Assembly (NCBI RefSeq): GCF_000981785.2
Contig: NZ_CP011304.1
Span: 1,050,001 to 1,082,000, forward strand
DNA from: Microcystis aeruginosa NIES-2549
Lineage (GTDB): Bacteria; Cyanobacteriota; Cyanobacteriia; Cyanobacteriales; Microcystaceae
Direction: 5' to 3'
DNA: 32,000 nucleotides
The position numbers and the translations under genes were made by a program. The notes under the pieces are model-generated. The model searched no databases, was not told the origin of the DNA, and worked only from the letters and a program-made list of their open reading frames with translations. Position 1 is the stretch's first letter. The number at the start of each line of letters is the position of its first letter. Below, in pieces: positions 1 through 6,543 of this stretch.

Positions 1-2915
1 AAGCGTTAACATGGATTGAAAATGAAGTGCGATCGGGTTATTTACAAAAGGCGCGGGTGGTGGTGTCTTGTCGAGTAAATGTCTGGGATGCCAATATTAA
101 TCCCTTACGGGCGTTTGTTACCTATAAAACCTTAGATTTTGCCGATTTTCAGCGAGATCAGTTTATTAGGCAATGGTTCGGGAAAAAGGGCAATATAGCG
201 TTAGGGGAACAGTTAATCGCTTGTTTGCAGGAAACGGGAAGAGAAAGGATTTGGGAGTTAGTTAAAAATCCGTTACGGTTGGTGTTATTGTGTCAAATTT
301 GGTCGTTAGGAGAGGGAGCATTACCTGAAACCAAGGCGCAGTTTTATCAGCGTTATTTGCCTTATTTTTATGAGTGGAAACGGGAGATCCGCGATTTAAC
401 AGATAATGATGAGTTACAAGAATTGTTACATCAAGCATTAGGAAAATTAGCTATTGCGAGTTTAGGGGGAGAATCTCGCTATCGTATGCCTAGAAAATTA
501 GCTAAAGCCATTATGGGTAATGATTTATTTAAGTTAGCGGTAGATTTTGGGTGGTTAAATATTGTAGATCGGGATCAAGCAACGGATGAGGCGGTTTATG
601 CGTTTTTTCATCCTACCTTTCAGGAGTTTTTTGCTGCTTGTGGGGTGGAAGATTGGGATTTCTTTTTACCCCGAAATCATGTAGATCGTCCTGTAGAGGG
701 GAAGGTTTATCGCATTTTTGAGGCGAAATGGAAAGAGGTGATTTTGTTATGGTTGGGTAGGAGTGATGTTAAAGATGAGGAAAAAGAGGCTTTTATTAAG
801 GCTTTAGTTGAGTTTAAGGATGGTTGTGGAGAATGGAATTTACCAGAGGTTGATCGCGGTTTTTATGAGTATAGAGCTTATTTTATGGCAGCCAACGGGA
901 TTAAAGAATTTAATACCTGTTCTTTTGCTGATAAAATTGTGCATCAAATTATTAAATGGAATATTGTAAACGATAAACCTCTTTACATGACAACTGGATA
1001 TAAATTAGATTTTGGTAATCATTTAAAAACTCACGTTAATAAGGTTTCGTCCGTTTCGGTATTGGCTGATCATATATCAGTATATTATGCCAGTCTTCAA
1101 GAAACAGACACCAAGCGAGTGATTTCTAAGTTAATTGATCTTAGTCTCGAAAATAACTCAATACTCGAAAATAACTCAATAATAGAACTTTTGGAAATTA
1201 TTGGACAGGACAATAAAAATGCTATCATCGCACTAATAAATATGATTGAATCCCTCTCTTATAATGATGAAATACGTAGTCATGCAATAGAAAGTTTGGG
1301 TAAAATTGGAAAAGGCAATACAGAAGCAATTTCTGAATTAATAAACATTATTAAATCTACCTCCTATAATTACGAAATACGTAGTCATGCAATAAAAAGT
1401 TTGGGTGAAGTTGGAAAAGGCAATATAGAAGCAATCTCTGAACTAATAAACATTATTAAATCCAATGAATCTACCTTTTATTTTTATAATGATAAAAATG
1501 GAACACTTAATCATGCAGTAGAAAGTTTGGGTAAAATTGGAAAAGGCAATATAGAAGCAATCTCTGAATTAATAAACATGATTAAATCTACCTCCTATAA
1601 TGACGCAATACGTAGTCAAGCAATAAAAAGTCTGTGTGAAATTGGAAAAGGCAATACAGAAGCAATCTCTGAATTAATAAACATTATTAATTCTACATCC
1701 TATAATGACAAGATACGTAGTCGTGCGGCATATAGTCTAGGTAGAATCGAATCTGGCAATTCAGAGGCAATCTCTGCATTAATAAGACTAATGCAATCTC
1801 CTGATAGCAAGATAGTCAACTTTGCACTAAAGAGTCTAATTGAAATTGGCAAGAAAAATTCTGATATAATCTCTATATTAGTTGATATTATGCAATCTCA
1901 TTCTCCTGATAGCAAGATAGGCGACTTTGCCATAAAGAGTCTAGTTGAAATTGGCAAGGAAAATTCCGATATGATCCCTATATTAGTTGACATTATTCAA
2001 TCTCATTCTATTAAAGCTACAATAGTTTCTACTGCATTAGAAAATTTAGCAAAAATTGGACAGGGAAATTTGCAAGCCATAAATACGCTGATTAGTATTT
2101 TAGAATCTTTGCAAAGTCAAGATATGTCTTTACAAAGCGAAGATATGATGTCGGAATCTTGTCGGAGTAGGGATCTTATCCTGGCTTCTGCTGCGGAAAG
2201 CTTAGGAGAAATCGGACAGAGTGATCCAAGAACAATTGCCGTACTAATTCATGCTTTACGCCCGCTTTACAAAAATTATTTCCTAATGCAGAAATTGGCA
2301 ACTCGTAGTTTAATCAAAATAGGCATCAATAATTCAAATGTAATAAATCAGCTGGTCAATTCTTTACAATCTTTAAATGATCAAGAATCATCTTATTGGT
2401 GGGAAATTATTATCTTAGAAGACATAGGAAAGCGAGATAAAAATGTTATCAAAATTTTGAAAAAACTTCTCCTAGTTGCTTCCAATAATAATCATTCTTA
2501 TTCCCATCGCATAAATTTAGCATCAGCTTTAGGGAAAGTAGAACCAGGTAATTCTGAAGCCTATGAAACGTTAATTGAAATTTTCATATCTACCCAAAAT
2601 CTTGACGCAATAAAGACTTTAACAGAAATTCTTGAAGACAAACCAATCTCCTTAGTAGTGGCTCAAAAAATTGGCGATTACTTCGTAAATAATATTTCTA
2701 AAAAAATGTCAATAAGTAAAAAATACTACGAAACAATTTATGCTTTTTTTTATAAATTTACCCAAATATATTCCTATGGTAAATTCTATGAAATTTGGAA
2801 TAACTCTTTTTATGCTTTTCAAGCAGTGCAAATCAACGATGAGATTGATGAAGTCTCTGCTAAACTTTTGCAAATGTTAGAAAAATACAGAAAAAAACCA
2901 AGAAAGAAACAATAA
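1..2915 (+). CDS. STAND NTPase: C-terminal part of a NACHT module followed by about a dozen HEAT (PBS-lyase type) repeats. The 5' end lies outside the window.
   Basis: The frame is open from base 3 with no stop before the listed GTG at 27, so the ORF is cut by the window edge. The first ~230 aa show NACHT/winged-helix hallmarks (VVVSCR, NPLRLVLLCQIW, YAFFHPTFQEFFAA). From about aa 390 a 35-aa unit AIxxLIxxIxS-x6-IRxxAIxSLGxIGxGNxEA repeats. Confidence 0.85.
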   Translation, partial: ALTWIENEVRSGYLQKARVVVSCRVNVWDANINPLRAFVTYKTLDFADFQRDQFIRQWFGKKGNIALGEQLIACLQETGRERIWELVKNPLRLVLLCQIWSLGEGALPETKAQFYQRYLPYFYEWKREIRDLTDNDELQELLHQALGKLAIASLGGESRYRMPRKLAKAIMGNDLFKLAVDFGWLNIVDRDQATDEAVYAFFHPTFQEFFAACGVEDWDFFLPRNHVDRPVEGKVYRIFEAKWKEVILLWLGRSDVKDEEKEAFIKALVEFKDGCGEWNLPEVDRGFYEYRAYFMAANGIKEFNTCSFADKIVHQIIKWNIVNDKPLYMTTGYKLDFGNHLKTHVNKVSSVSVLADHISVYYASLQETDTKRVISKLIDLSLENNSILENNSIIELLEIIGQDNKNAIIALINMIESLSYNDEIRSHAIESLGKIGKGNTEAISELINIIKSTSYNYEIRSHAIKSLGEVGKGNIEAISELINIIKSNESTFYFYNDKNGTLNHAVESLGKIGKGNIEAISELINMIKSTSYNDAIRSQAIKSLCEIGKGNTEAISELINIINSTSYNDKIRSRAAYSLGRIESGNSEAISALIRLMQSPDSKIVNFALKSLIEIGKKNSDIISILVDIMQSHSPDSKIGDFAIKSLVEIGKENSDMIPILVDIIQSHSIKATIVSTALENLAKIGQGNLQAINTLISILESLQSQDMSLQSEDMMSESCRSRDLILASAAESLGEIGQSDPRTIAVLIHALRPLYKNYFLMQKLATRSLIKIGINNSNVINQLVNSLQSLNDQESSYWWEIIILEDIGKRDKNVIKILKKLLLVASNNNHSYSHRINLASALGKVEPGNSEAYETLIEIFISTQNLDAIKTLTEILEDKPISLVVAQKIGDYFVNNISKKMSISKKYYETIYAFFYKFTQIYSYGKFYEIWNNSFYAFQAVQINDEIDEVSAKLLQMLEKYRKKPRKKQ
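1146..1181 (+). repeat. Perfect 18-nt tandem duplication inside the NACHT-HEAT gene
   Basis: ctcgaaaataactcaata occurs twice back to back (1146-1163 and 1164-1181), encoding LENNSI LENNSI. Confidence 0.95.
1224..2090 (+). repeat. In-frame tandem array of 105-nt (35-aa) HEAT-repeat units with high nucleotide identity
   Basis: Unit boundaries were read at 1224, 1329, 1434 (a 126-nt unit with a 7-codon insertion), 1560 and 1665, then more diverged units. Units 1329-1433 and 1560-1664 differ at about 9 of 105 nt by eye. Confidence 0.85.
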
Positions 2916-3154
2916 ACACCAACAATATCCCCCAACTCAAACGTCATCTTATACCCCTAATCGCCCAAAATGCCCAATTAACTCTCATTTTCGGAGAAAG
3001 TGACCCCAGTGACACCCTTTTATCCCTCTGTCAACAACTTAACCCGACTATTCCCATCGCATGGATTACCGAAAACCCCATTGCTAACCTACAAACCTTC
3101 TCCCCCAACCAACCCAACCTAATCGAAGTGATCTTAAACTGGAAAAATCGGTAA
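2864..3154 (+). other. Coding-like open frame with no start codon, in the -1 frame relative to the NACHT-HEAT ORF. Possible frameshifted C-terminal extension or a gene remnant.
   Basis: The frame containing position 2864 is stop-free up to TAA at 3152-3154 and overlaps the last 52 nt of the upstream ORF. An A7 run at 2891-2897 sits in register A AAA AAA. The translation (NNIPQLKRHLIPLIAQNAQLTLIFGESDPSDTLLSLCQQLNPTIPIAWITENP...) looks protein-like. Confidence 0.4.
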
Positions 3155-3160
3155 ACACCT

Positions 3161-3252
3161 CTGAATTATGCCAAGAATTGGGGATTCCGTTGGTTAAAGA
3201 TTGTGAGGAATTGTTAGGGCAAATTCAGGTTACATTAGAAGAAGATTAGAAA
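3161..3252 (+). repeat. Junction repeat copy A (67-nt core plus tail), resembling the C-terminal end of a TPR-type gene
   Basis: Core 3163-3229 matches 3848-3914 at 63 of 67 nt. It encodes ELCQELGIPLVKDCEELLGQIQ and then VTLEED-stop. The tail 3234-3252 is identical to 5077-5095. Confidence 0.85.
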
Positions 3253-3279
3253 TCCAATCAAAATGAGGAACAGTGAATT

Positions 3280-3483
3280 ATGAATATCAAAGATTATCCT
3301 TTTGCTCAAGACTTGATTACAGATAATCAAGGTCAGATACAGCAAGTTATTATTAACTTTGAAGACTATCAACAAATAATAGAAACCTATGAAGATACTG
3401 GACTCTATCGCGCCATGATAGACGTTAAAGATGAAACTCCCTTAACTTTGGAGGAAGCTTTAATTGAATTAGAAAAAGAATGA
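3280..3483 (+). CDS. Type II antitoxin (small acidic protein, exact family uncertain) paired with the RelE/ParE toxin
   Basis: 67-aa ORF whose stop overlaps the downstream toxin start by 4 nt (ATGA). GAGGA lies 10 nt upstream of the ATG. Confidence 0.75.
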   Translation: MNIKDYPFAQDLITDNQGQIQQVIINFEDYQQIIETYEDTGLYRAMIDVKDETPLTLEEALIELEKE

Positions 3484-3749
3484 AAATCAACTATCTTCCT
3501 ACTTTTATCAAGGATCTTAAAGATTTAAAAAGTACCTCCCCTTACTCAGTCATAAAAAACCTTGTCTTTACTGATATTTTAGCAGTTAAGCAGCTAAGCG
3601 AAATTAACAACCTTAAAAAATTAAAAGGAGAATATAATGCCTATCGTATCCGAATTGGTGACTATAGAATTGGTTTTTTTATTGAAGAAGATACAATTAC
3701 ATTTGCTCGTGTTCTTCATCGTCGAGAATTCTATCGTTATTTCGCGTAA
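3480..3749 (+). CDS. RelE/ParE-family type II toxin (mRNA interferase)
   Basis: 89 aa with the family-typical C-terminal pattern YRIRIGDYRIGFFIEEDTITFARVLHRREFYRYF. Translationally coupled to the upstream small ORF. Confidence 0.85.
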   Translation: MKINYLPTFIKDLKDLKSTSPYSVIKNLVFTDILAVKQLSEINNLKKLKGEYNAYRIRIGDYRIGFFIEEDTITFARVLHRREFYRYFA

Positions 3750-3796
3750 AATTTCGGTAGATAAAGAATCATTGAAAAGCCTTTGTCGAAATAGCC

Positions 3797-3940
3797 CACA
3801 AAATGAATCACTGCGATCGCGCTTTCAACTACTGCCAACAAGCGCTTGAATTATGCCAAGAACTGGGGATTACCTTGGTTAAAGATTGTGAGGAACTGTT
3901 AGGGCAAATTCAGGGAAACTTAGGAGAAGCCAACAAATAA
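3797..3940 (+). repeat. Junction repeat copy B, the most complete copy. It contains a 45-codon ORF (3803-3940) resembling a TPR-protein C-terminus.
   Basis: The ORF reads MNHCDRAFNYCQQALELCQELGITLVKDCEELLGQIQGNLGEANK. Core 3848-3914 matches copy A at 63 of 67 nt. Head 3797-3812 matches 5061-5076 at 15 of 16 nt. Confidence 0.8.
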
Positions 3941-3941
3941 A

Positions 3942-4274
3942 ATGAAACTTCCCAATGCCGATCAAGCCAACCTAGGAGACAAACTTGAACGTTACTGCCT
4001 CAATCCTGAGCATTCAAAAGGAAAACATAAAGCCTTGCTTTTCAAACAAAGATTAGGGATTACCTTAGCTAATAAAGAAATCCTAGAAAATGCTCTTAAA
4101 AAAGCAGTAATGGAAGGAGAAGCCGAACTTTATAAAATCGATCAATATGGCACTCACTATGATCTGAAATTTAACCTCTGTACCGACATCGGAGAATCCT
4201 TAATTTTAAGTTGCTGGATTGTCCAAATAACTGAAAATTTTCCTCGTCTTACTAATGTCTATCCCATTAATTAA
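3942..4274 (+). CDS. DUF6883-like protein (putative toxin component of an uncharacterised pair)
   Basis: 110 aa. Motifs recalled for this family: LPNA...L..YCLNPEHSKGKHKA..F...LGIT near the N-terminus and SCWIV....FPRLT near the C-terminus. Confidence 0.65.
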   Translation: MKLPNADQANLGDKLERYCLNPEHSKGKHKALLFKQRLGITLANKEILENALKKAVMEGEAELYKIDQYGTHYDLKFNLCTDIGESLILSCWIVQITENFPRLTNVYPIN

Positions 4275-4281
4275 CTAGCCC

Positions 4282-4527
4282 ATGATGAACACCATTCAAG
4301 AATACGATCTCGTTGCCCTAACGGAAGATGTTACGGCTACTCACAAAACGACCCATCAGCCCATCCTTCTGCGTCGCGGACAAATGGGAACTGTTTTAAT
4401 GTCTTTTAATCAGCAAGCTTTTCTGATTGATTTTACCGATCAAAACGGCCAAACCTTTGCGATGGAAACCGTTGATCACTCAAAACTTCTACGGCTGATC
4501 AGTGAACCTGAATTAGTCTCAGTCTAA
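4282..4527 (+). CDS. DUF4926-like small protein, partner of the DUF6883-like ORF
   Basis: 81 aa, starts 7 nt after the upstream stop. The pattern EYDLVALTEDV...GTV...F.IDF is as recalled for DUF4926. Confidence 0.6.
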   Translation: MMNTIQEYDLVALTEDVTATHKTTHQPILLRRGQMGTVLMSFNQQAFLIDFTDQNGQTFAMETVDHSKLLRLISEPELVSV

Positions 4528-4532
4528 GATAA

Positions 4533-4694
4533 AACTTTCGCCAACTTTTAGATAGAACTCTTTATCTTGCTATTCGGGAAAAAACTTTCAACAGCTTATT
4601 TCATCAAGAAATTGGTCAAATACTCCTTGAAGAAAAAACACTAAGACTAATTATCTTTAACCCTGACAATGAGGTAATCACCCAATGGATAAAC
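4533..4694 (+). pseudogene. xisH: xisH remnant (C-terminal ~54 codons only, no start codon)
   Basis: Translation FRQLLDRTLYLAIREKTFNSLFHQEIGQILLEEKTLRLIIFNPDNEVITQWIN matches the XisH C-terminus as recalled and overlaps the xisI start as in intact xisH-xisI pairs. The frame opens directly after a TAA at 4530. Confidence 0.6.
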
Positions 4695-5020
4695 TCAACC
4701 ATTACCGCAAAATTATTCATCAGATTCTTGTCCCCTATAGCCAAATTATTTATAACAATGCGGACATTCAAAATCGTCTAGCTTTTGATCCTCAGAATGA
4801 TCAATATCTCGTCATTTCAGAAGGTTGGCAACAGAATCAGCGTTATCATGATTGTCTGATTCATTTAGAAATTATTAACGAGAAAATTTGGGTACAATGT
4901 GACAACACCGAAGACGGTATCACCAAAGAATTACTAAGCGCAGGCATTGCTAAAGAAGATATTGTTTTGGGATTCCATGAACCTAAAATACGTCAATATA
5001 CAGGCTTCGCTGTCGCTTAA
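4685..5020 (+). CDS. xisI: XisI family protein (fdxN-element excision controlling factor-like)
   Basis: 111 aa. MDKLNHYRKII...GWQQNQRYHDCLIHLEIINEKIWVQCDNTEDGI..EL...GI.KEDIVLGFHEP..RQYTGFAV is typical of XisI. Confidence 0.85.
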   Translation: MDKLNHYRKIIHQILVPYSQIIYNNADIQNRLAFDPQNDQYLVISEGWQQNQRYHDCLIHLEIINEKIWVQCDNTEDGITKELLSAGIAKEDIVLGFHEPKIRQYTGFAVA

Positions 5021-5060
5021 CTTTCAAATATCATGGACAATTCTCAAAACCGCAATCACC

Positions 5061-5095
5061 CACCAAATGAATCACTATTAGAAGAAGATTAGAAA
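5061..5095 (+). repeat. Junction repeat copy C, a collapsed form (head of copy B joined directly to tail of copy A)
   Basis: 5061-5076 matches 3797-3812 at 15 of 16 nt, and 5077-5095 is identical to 3234-3252. It reads ATG AAT CAC TAT TAG. Confidence 0.8.
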
Positions 5096-5117
5096 CTCTT
5101 GATAACCCAAGTCAGCC

Positions 5118-5336
5118 ATGAAAATCACCTACTTTCAAGATACGGACACTCTATATTTAGAGTTCAATAACAATCCCATTGTCGAGACTCAAGAAATCAA
5201 TGAAAATACCTTGGCCGATCTTGATCAGCAGGGTAATATTTGTGCAATCACCTTGGAACACGCCAAAAGCTTAACGGATCTGAATGCTTTTTCCCTCGAA
5301 ACTATTGTCGCGCCTCAATTAGCTTCAAGTTTATAA
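5118..5336 (+). CDS. DUF2283-like small protein, with no adjacent toxin partner
   Basis: 72 aa. MKITYFQDTDTLYLEF...I.LEHA is the DUF2283 pattern as recalled. Confidence 0.65.
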   Translation: MKITYFQDTDTLYLEFNNNPIVETQEINENTLADLDQQGNICAITLEHAKSLTDLNAFSLETIVAPQLASSL

Positions 5337-5444
5337 GAGTTGTCATAATAAAATTATTCTATAAACCTTGACGTGATATAATATATATGACATTTGGGCG
5401 CAGATTCCTTGTGACCCTATAATCGGACAAATTCGTTATTATCA

Positions 5445-5759
5445 ATGACAACAACTTTAATCAATCACATTGAAATTACCCCAGAAACTTGTGGCGGTAA
5501 ACCGCGCATCGCAGGTCATCGCATCAAAGTCCAAGATGTCGTTATTTGGCACGAACGCCTGGGAATGTCACCCGATGAAATTGTTTATCATTATCCCAGC
5601 ATTACTTTAGCTGATGTTTACGCGGCCCTTTCTTACTATCACGATCACCTTGAAGAAATTAGACAACAAATCACAGATGATGATACCTTTGCCAAGGAAA
5701 TGCAAGCTAAAACACCTTCTCTAGTCCAAGAAAAACTAAAAAAAATGAATGGGCAATAA
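5445..5759 (+). CDS. DUF433 domain protein (antitoxin-like, HTH)
   Basis: 104 aa. I.ITPETCGGKPRIAGHRI.V.DV...H..G.S.DEI...YP.ITLADVYAAL.YY is the DUF433 signature. Confidence 0.8.
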   Translation: MTTTLINHIEITPETCGGKPRIAGHRIKVQDVVIWHERLGMSPDEIVYHYPSITLADVYAALSYYHDHLEEIRQQITDDDTFAKEMQAKTPSLVQEKLKKMNGQ

Positions 5760-6021
5760 AATTAAATTTCACCTTGATGAAAATGTAAGCTATAGCATTG
5801 CTCTTGGATTGCGCCAGCGAGGCCTTGATGTTACTACCACTCCAGAAGAAAATTTATTGGGGGTATCTGATGAAGTACAATTGCAATTTGCTTTAGCCAA
5901 TGGTCGCGTGATTTTTACTCAAGATACTGATTTTTTAAGAATCAATCAACTAGCACGTTGCTTCAAGTCAGAAAAATTCCCCTCTATCCGTCCCAACCTA
6001 ATCGAGACTATTGCTCACTGA
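5749..6021 (+). CDS. DUF5615-type PIN-like protein (toxin-like partner of DUF433). The C-terminus may not be native.
   Basis: Overlaps the DUF433 ORF by 11 nt. The N-terminal 67 aa (KFHLDENV...GRVIFTQDTDFLRINQ) fit the family. The last ~23 aa (LARCFKSEKFPSIRPNLIETIAH) do not resemble the family tail I recall. Confidence 0.65.
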   Translation: MGNKIKFHLDENVSYSIALGLRQRGLDVTTTPEENLLGVSDEVQLQFALANGRVIFTQDTDFLRINQLARCFKSEKFPSIRPNLIETIAH

Positions 6022-6052
6022 CTAAATAACGCGATCGCCGAATCATAAAAAA

Positions 6053-6208
6053 ATGCCTGCCAAAGATATTTTCCATGATTGTGTAAAACACGCCCTAATC
6101 AAAGATGGCTGGATAGTTACCGATGATCCCTTAAGTCTTAAAATTGGCAAAAAAGACTTGTTTATTGATCTAGCAGAGGAACTGTTAACACAAATTGATA
6201 CCCCCTAG
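6053..6208 (+). pseudogene. xisH: xisH remnant (N-terminal ~44 codons fused to unrelated sequence)
   Basis: MPAKDIFHDCVKHALIKDGWIVTDDPLSLKIGKKDLFIDLAEE is the typical XisH N-terminus. It then reads ELLTQIDTP-stop. 6176-6196 matches the junction repeat (3888-3908) at 18 of 21 nt in the same frame. Confidence 0.65.
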
Positions 6209-6230
6209 TCCCCAAAAGAAGAATCTCCCC

Positions 6231-6476
6231 ATGAGTAACCCTATTATCATTGAAACTGACTTAAAAGATATTCTCGCTAAACTTGACAATCGGTTAGAGC
6301 GAATCGAAACAAAACTAGAAGTATTACCGAAAATAGAGGCCGAAGTTTCCCAACTCAAAGAAGATGTCAAAGACTTGAAAGAAAGGGCAACGGCTCAAAT
6401 ATGGGCTTTGATAGTCACTGTTATCGGTGCAACTGTTGCAGCAATTATCAAATTCGGTTTTTTAACTAAAACTTAA
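6231..6476 (+). CDS. Small coiled-coil protein with a C-terminal transmembrane helix (tail-anchored), function unknown
   Basis: I use the ATG at 6231 rather than the TTG at 6195, which overlaps the xisH fragment. Heptad-like LDNRLERIETKLEVLPKIEAEVSQLKEDVKDLKE is followed by the hydrophobic stretch IWALIVTVIGATVAAIIKFGFL. Confidence 0.55.
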   Translation: MSNPIIIETDLKDILAKLDNRLERIETKLEVLPKIEAEVSQLKEDVKDLKERATAQIWALIVTVIGATVAAIIKFGFLTKT

Positions 6477-6483
6477 ATCATCA

Positions 6484-6517
6484 TTAAAAACTAAGTTGGA
6501 ACTAGACAAGTTCCAAC
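6484..6517 (-). terminator. Rho-independent terminator downstream of ccmK4
   Basis: 9-bp perfect stem gttggaact (6495-6503) / agttccaac (6509-6517) with a 5-nt loop. On the minus strand it is followed by TTAGTTTTTAA. Confidence 0.7.
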
Positions 6518-6543
6518 CAGTAACAAAAAATTGACCTTGAATA

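Noticed and set aside
3637-3849. 70-aa plus-strand ORF overlapping the 3' half of the RelE/ParE gene and running into junction repeat B
   Set aside because: It is out of frame with a well-supported toxin gene. Its tail reads the repeat in a different frame from the conserved ELCQELG frame.
3113-6005. 14-nt direct repeat cccaacctaatcga at 3113-3126 and 5992-6005, bracketing most of the cassette array and encoding PNLIE in both places
   Set aside because: It is tempting as an att-like boundary. However, about two 14-mer matches are expected by chance among all position pairs in 32 kb, and there is no extended similarity on either side.
6185-6370. 61-aa minus-strand ORF, and the TTG start at 6195 for the plus-strand ORF
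   Set aside because: The minus ORF is antisense to the coiled-coil ORF and is Ser-rich. The TTG start would overlap the xisH fragment, and ATG 6231 gives a cleaner product.
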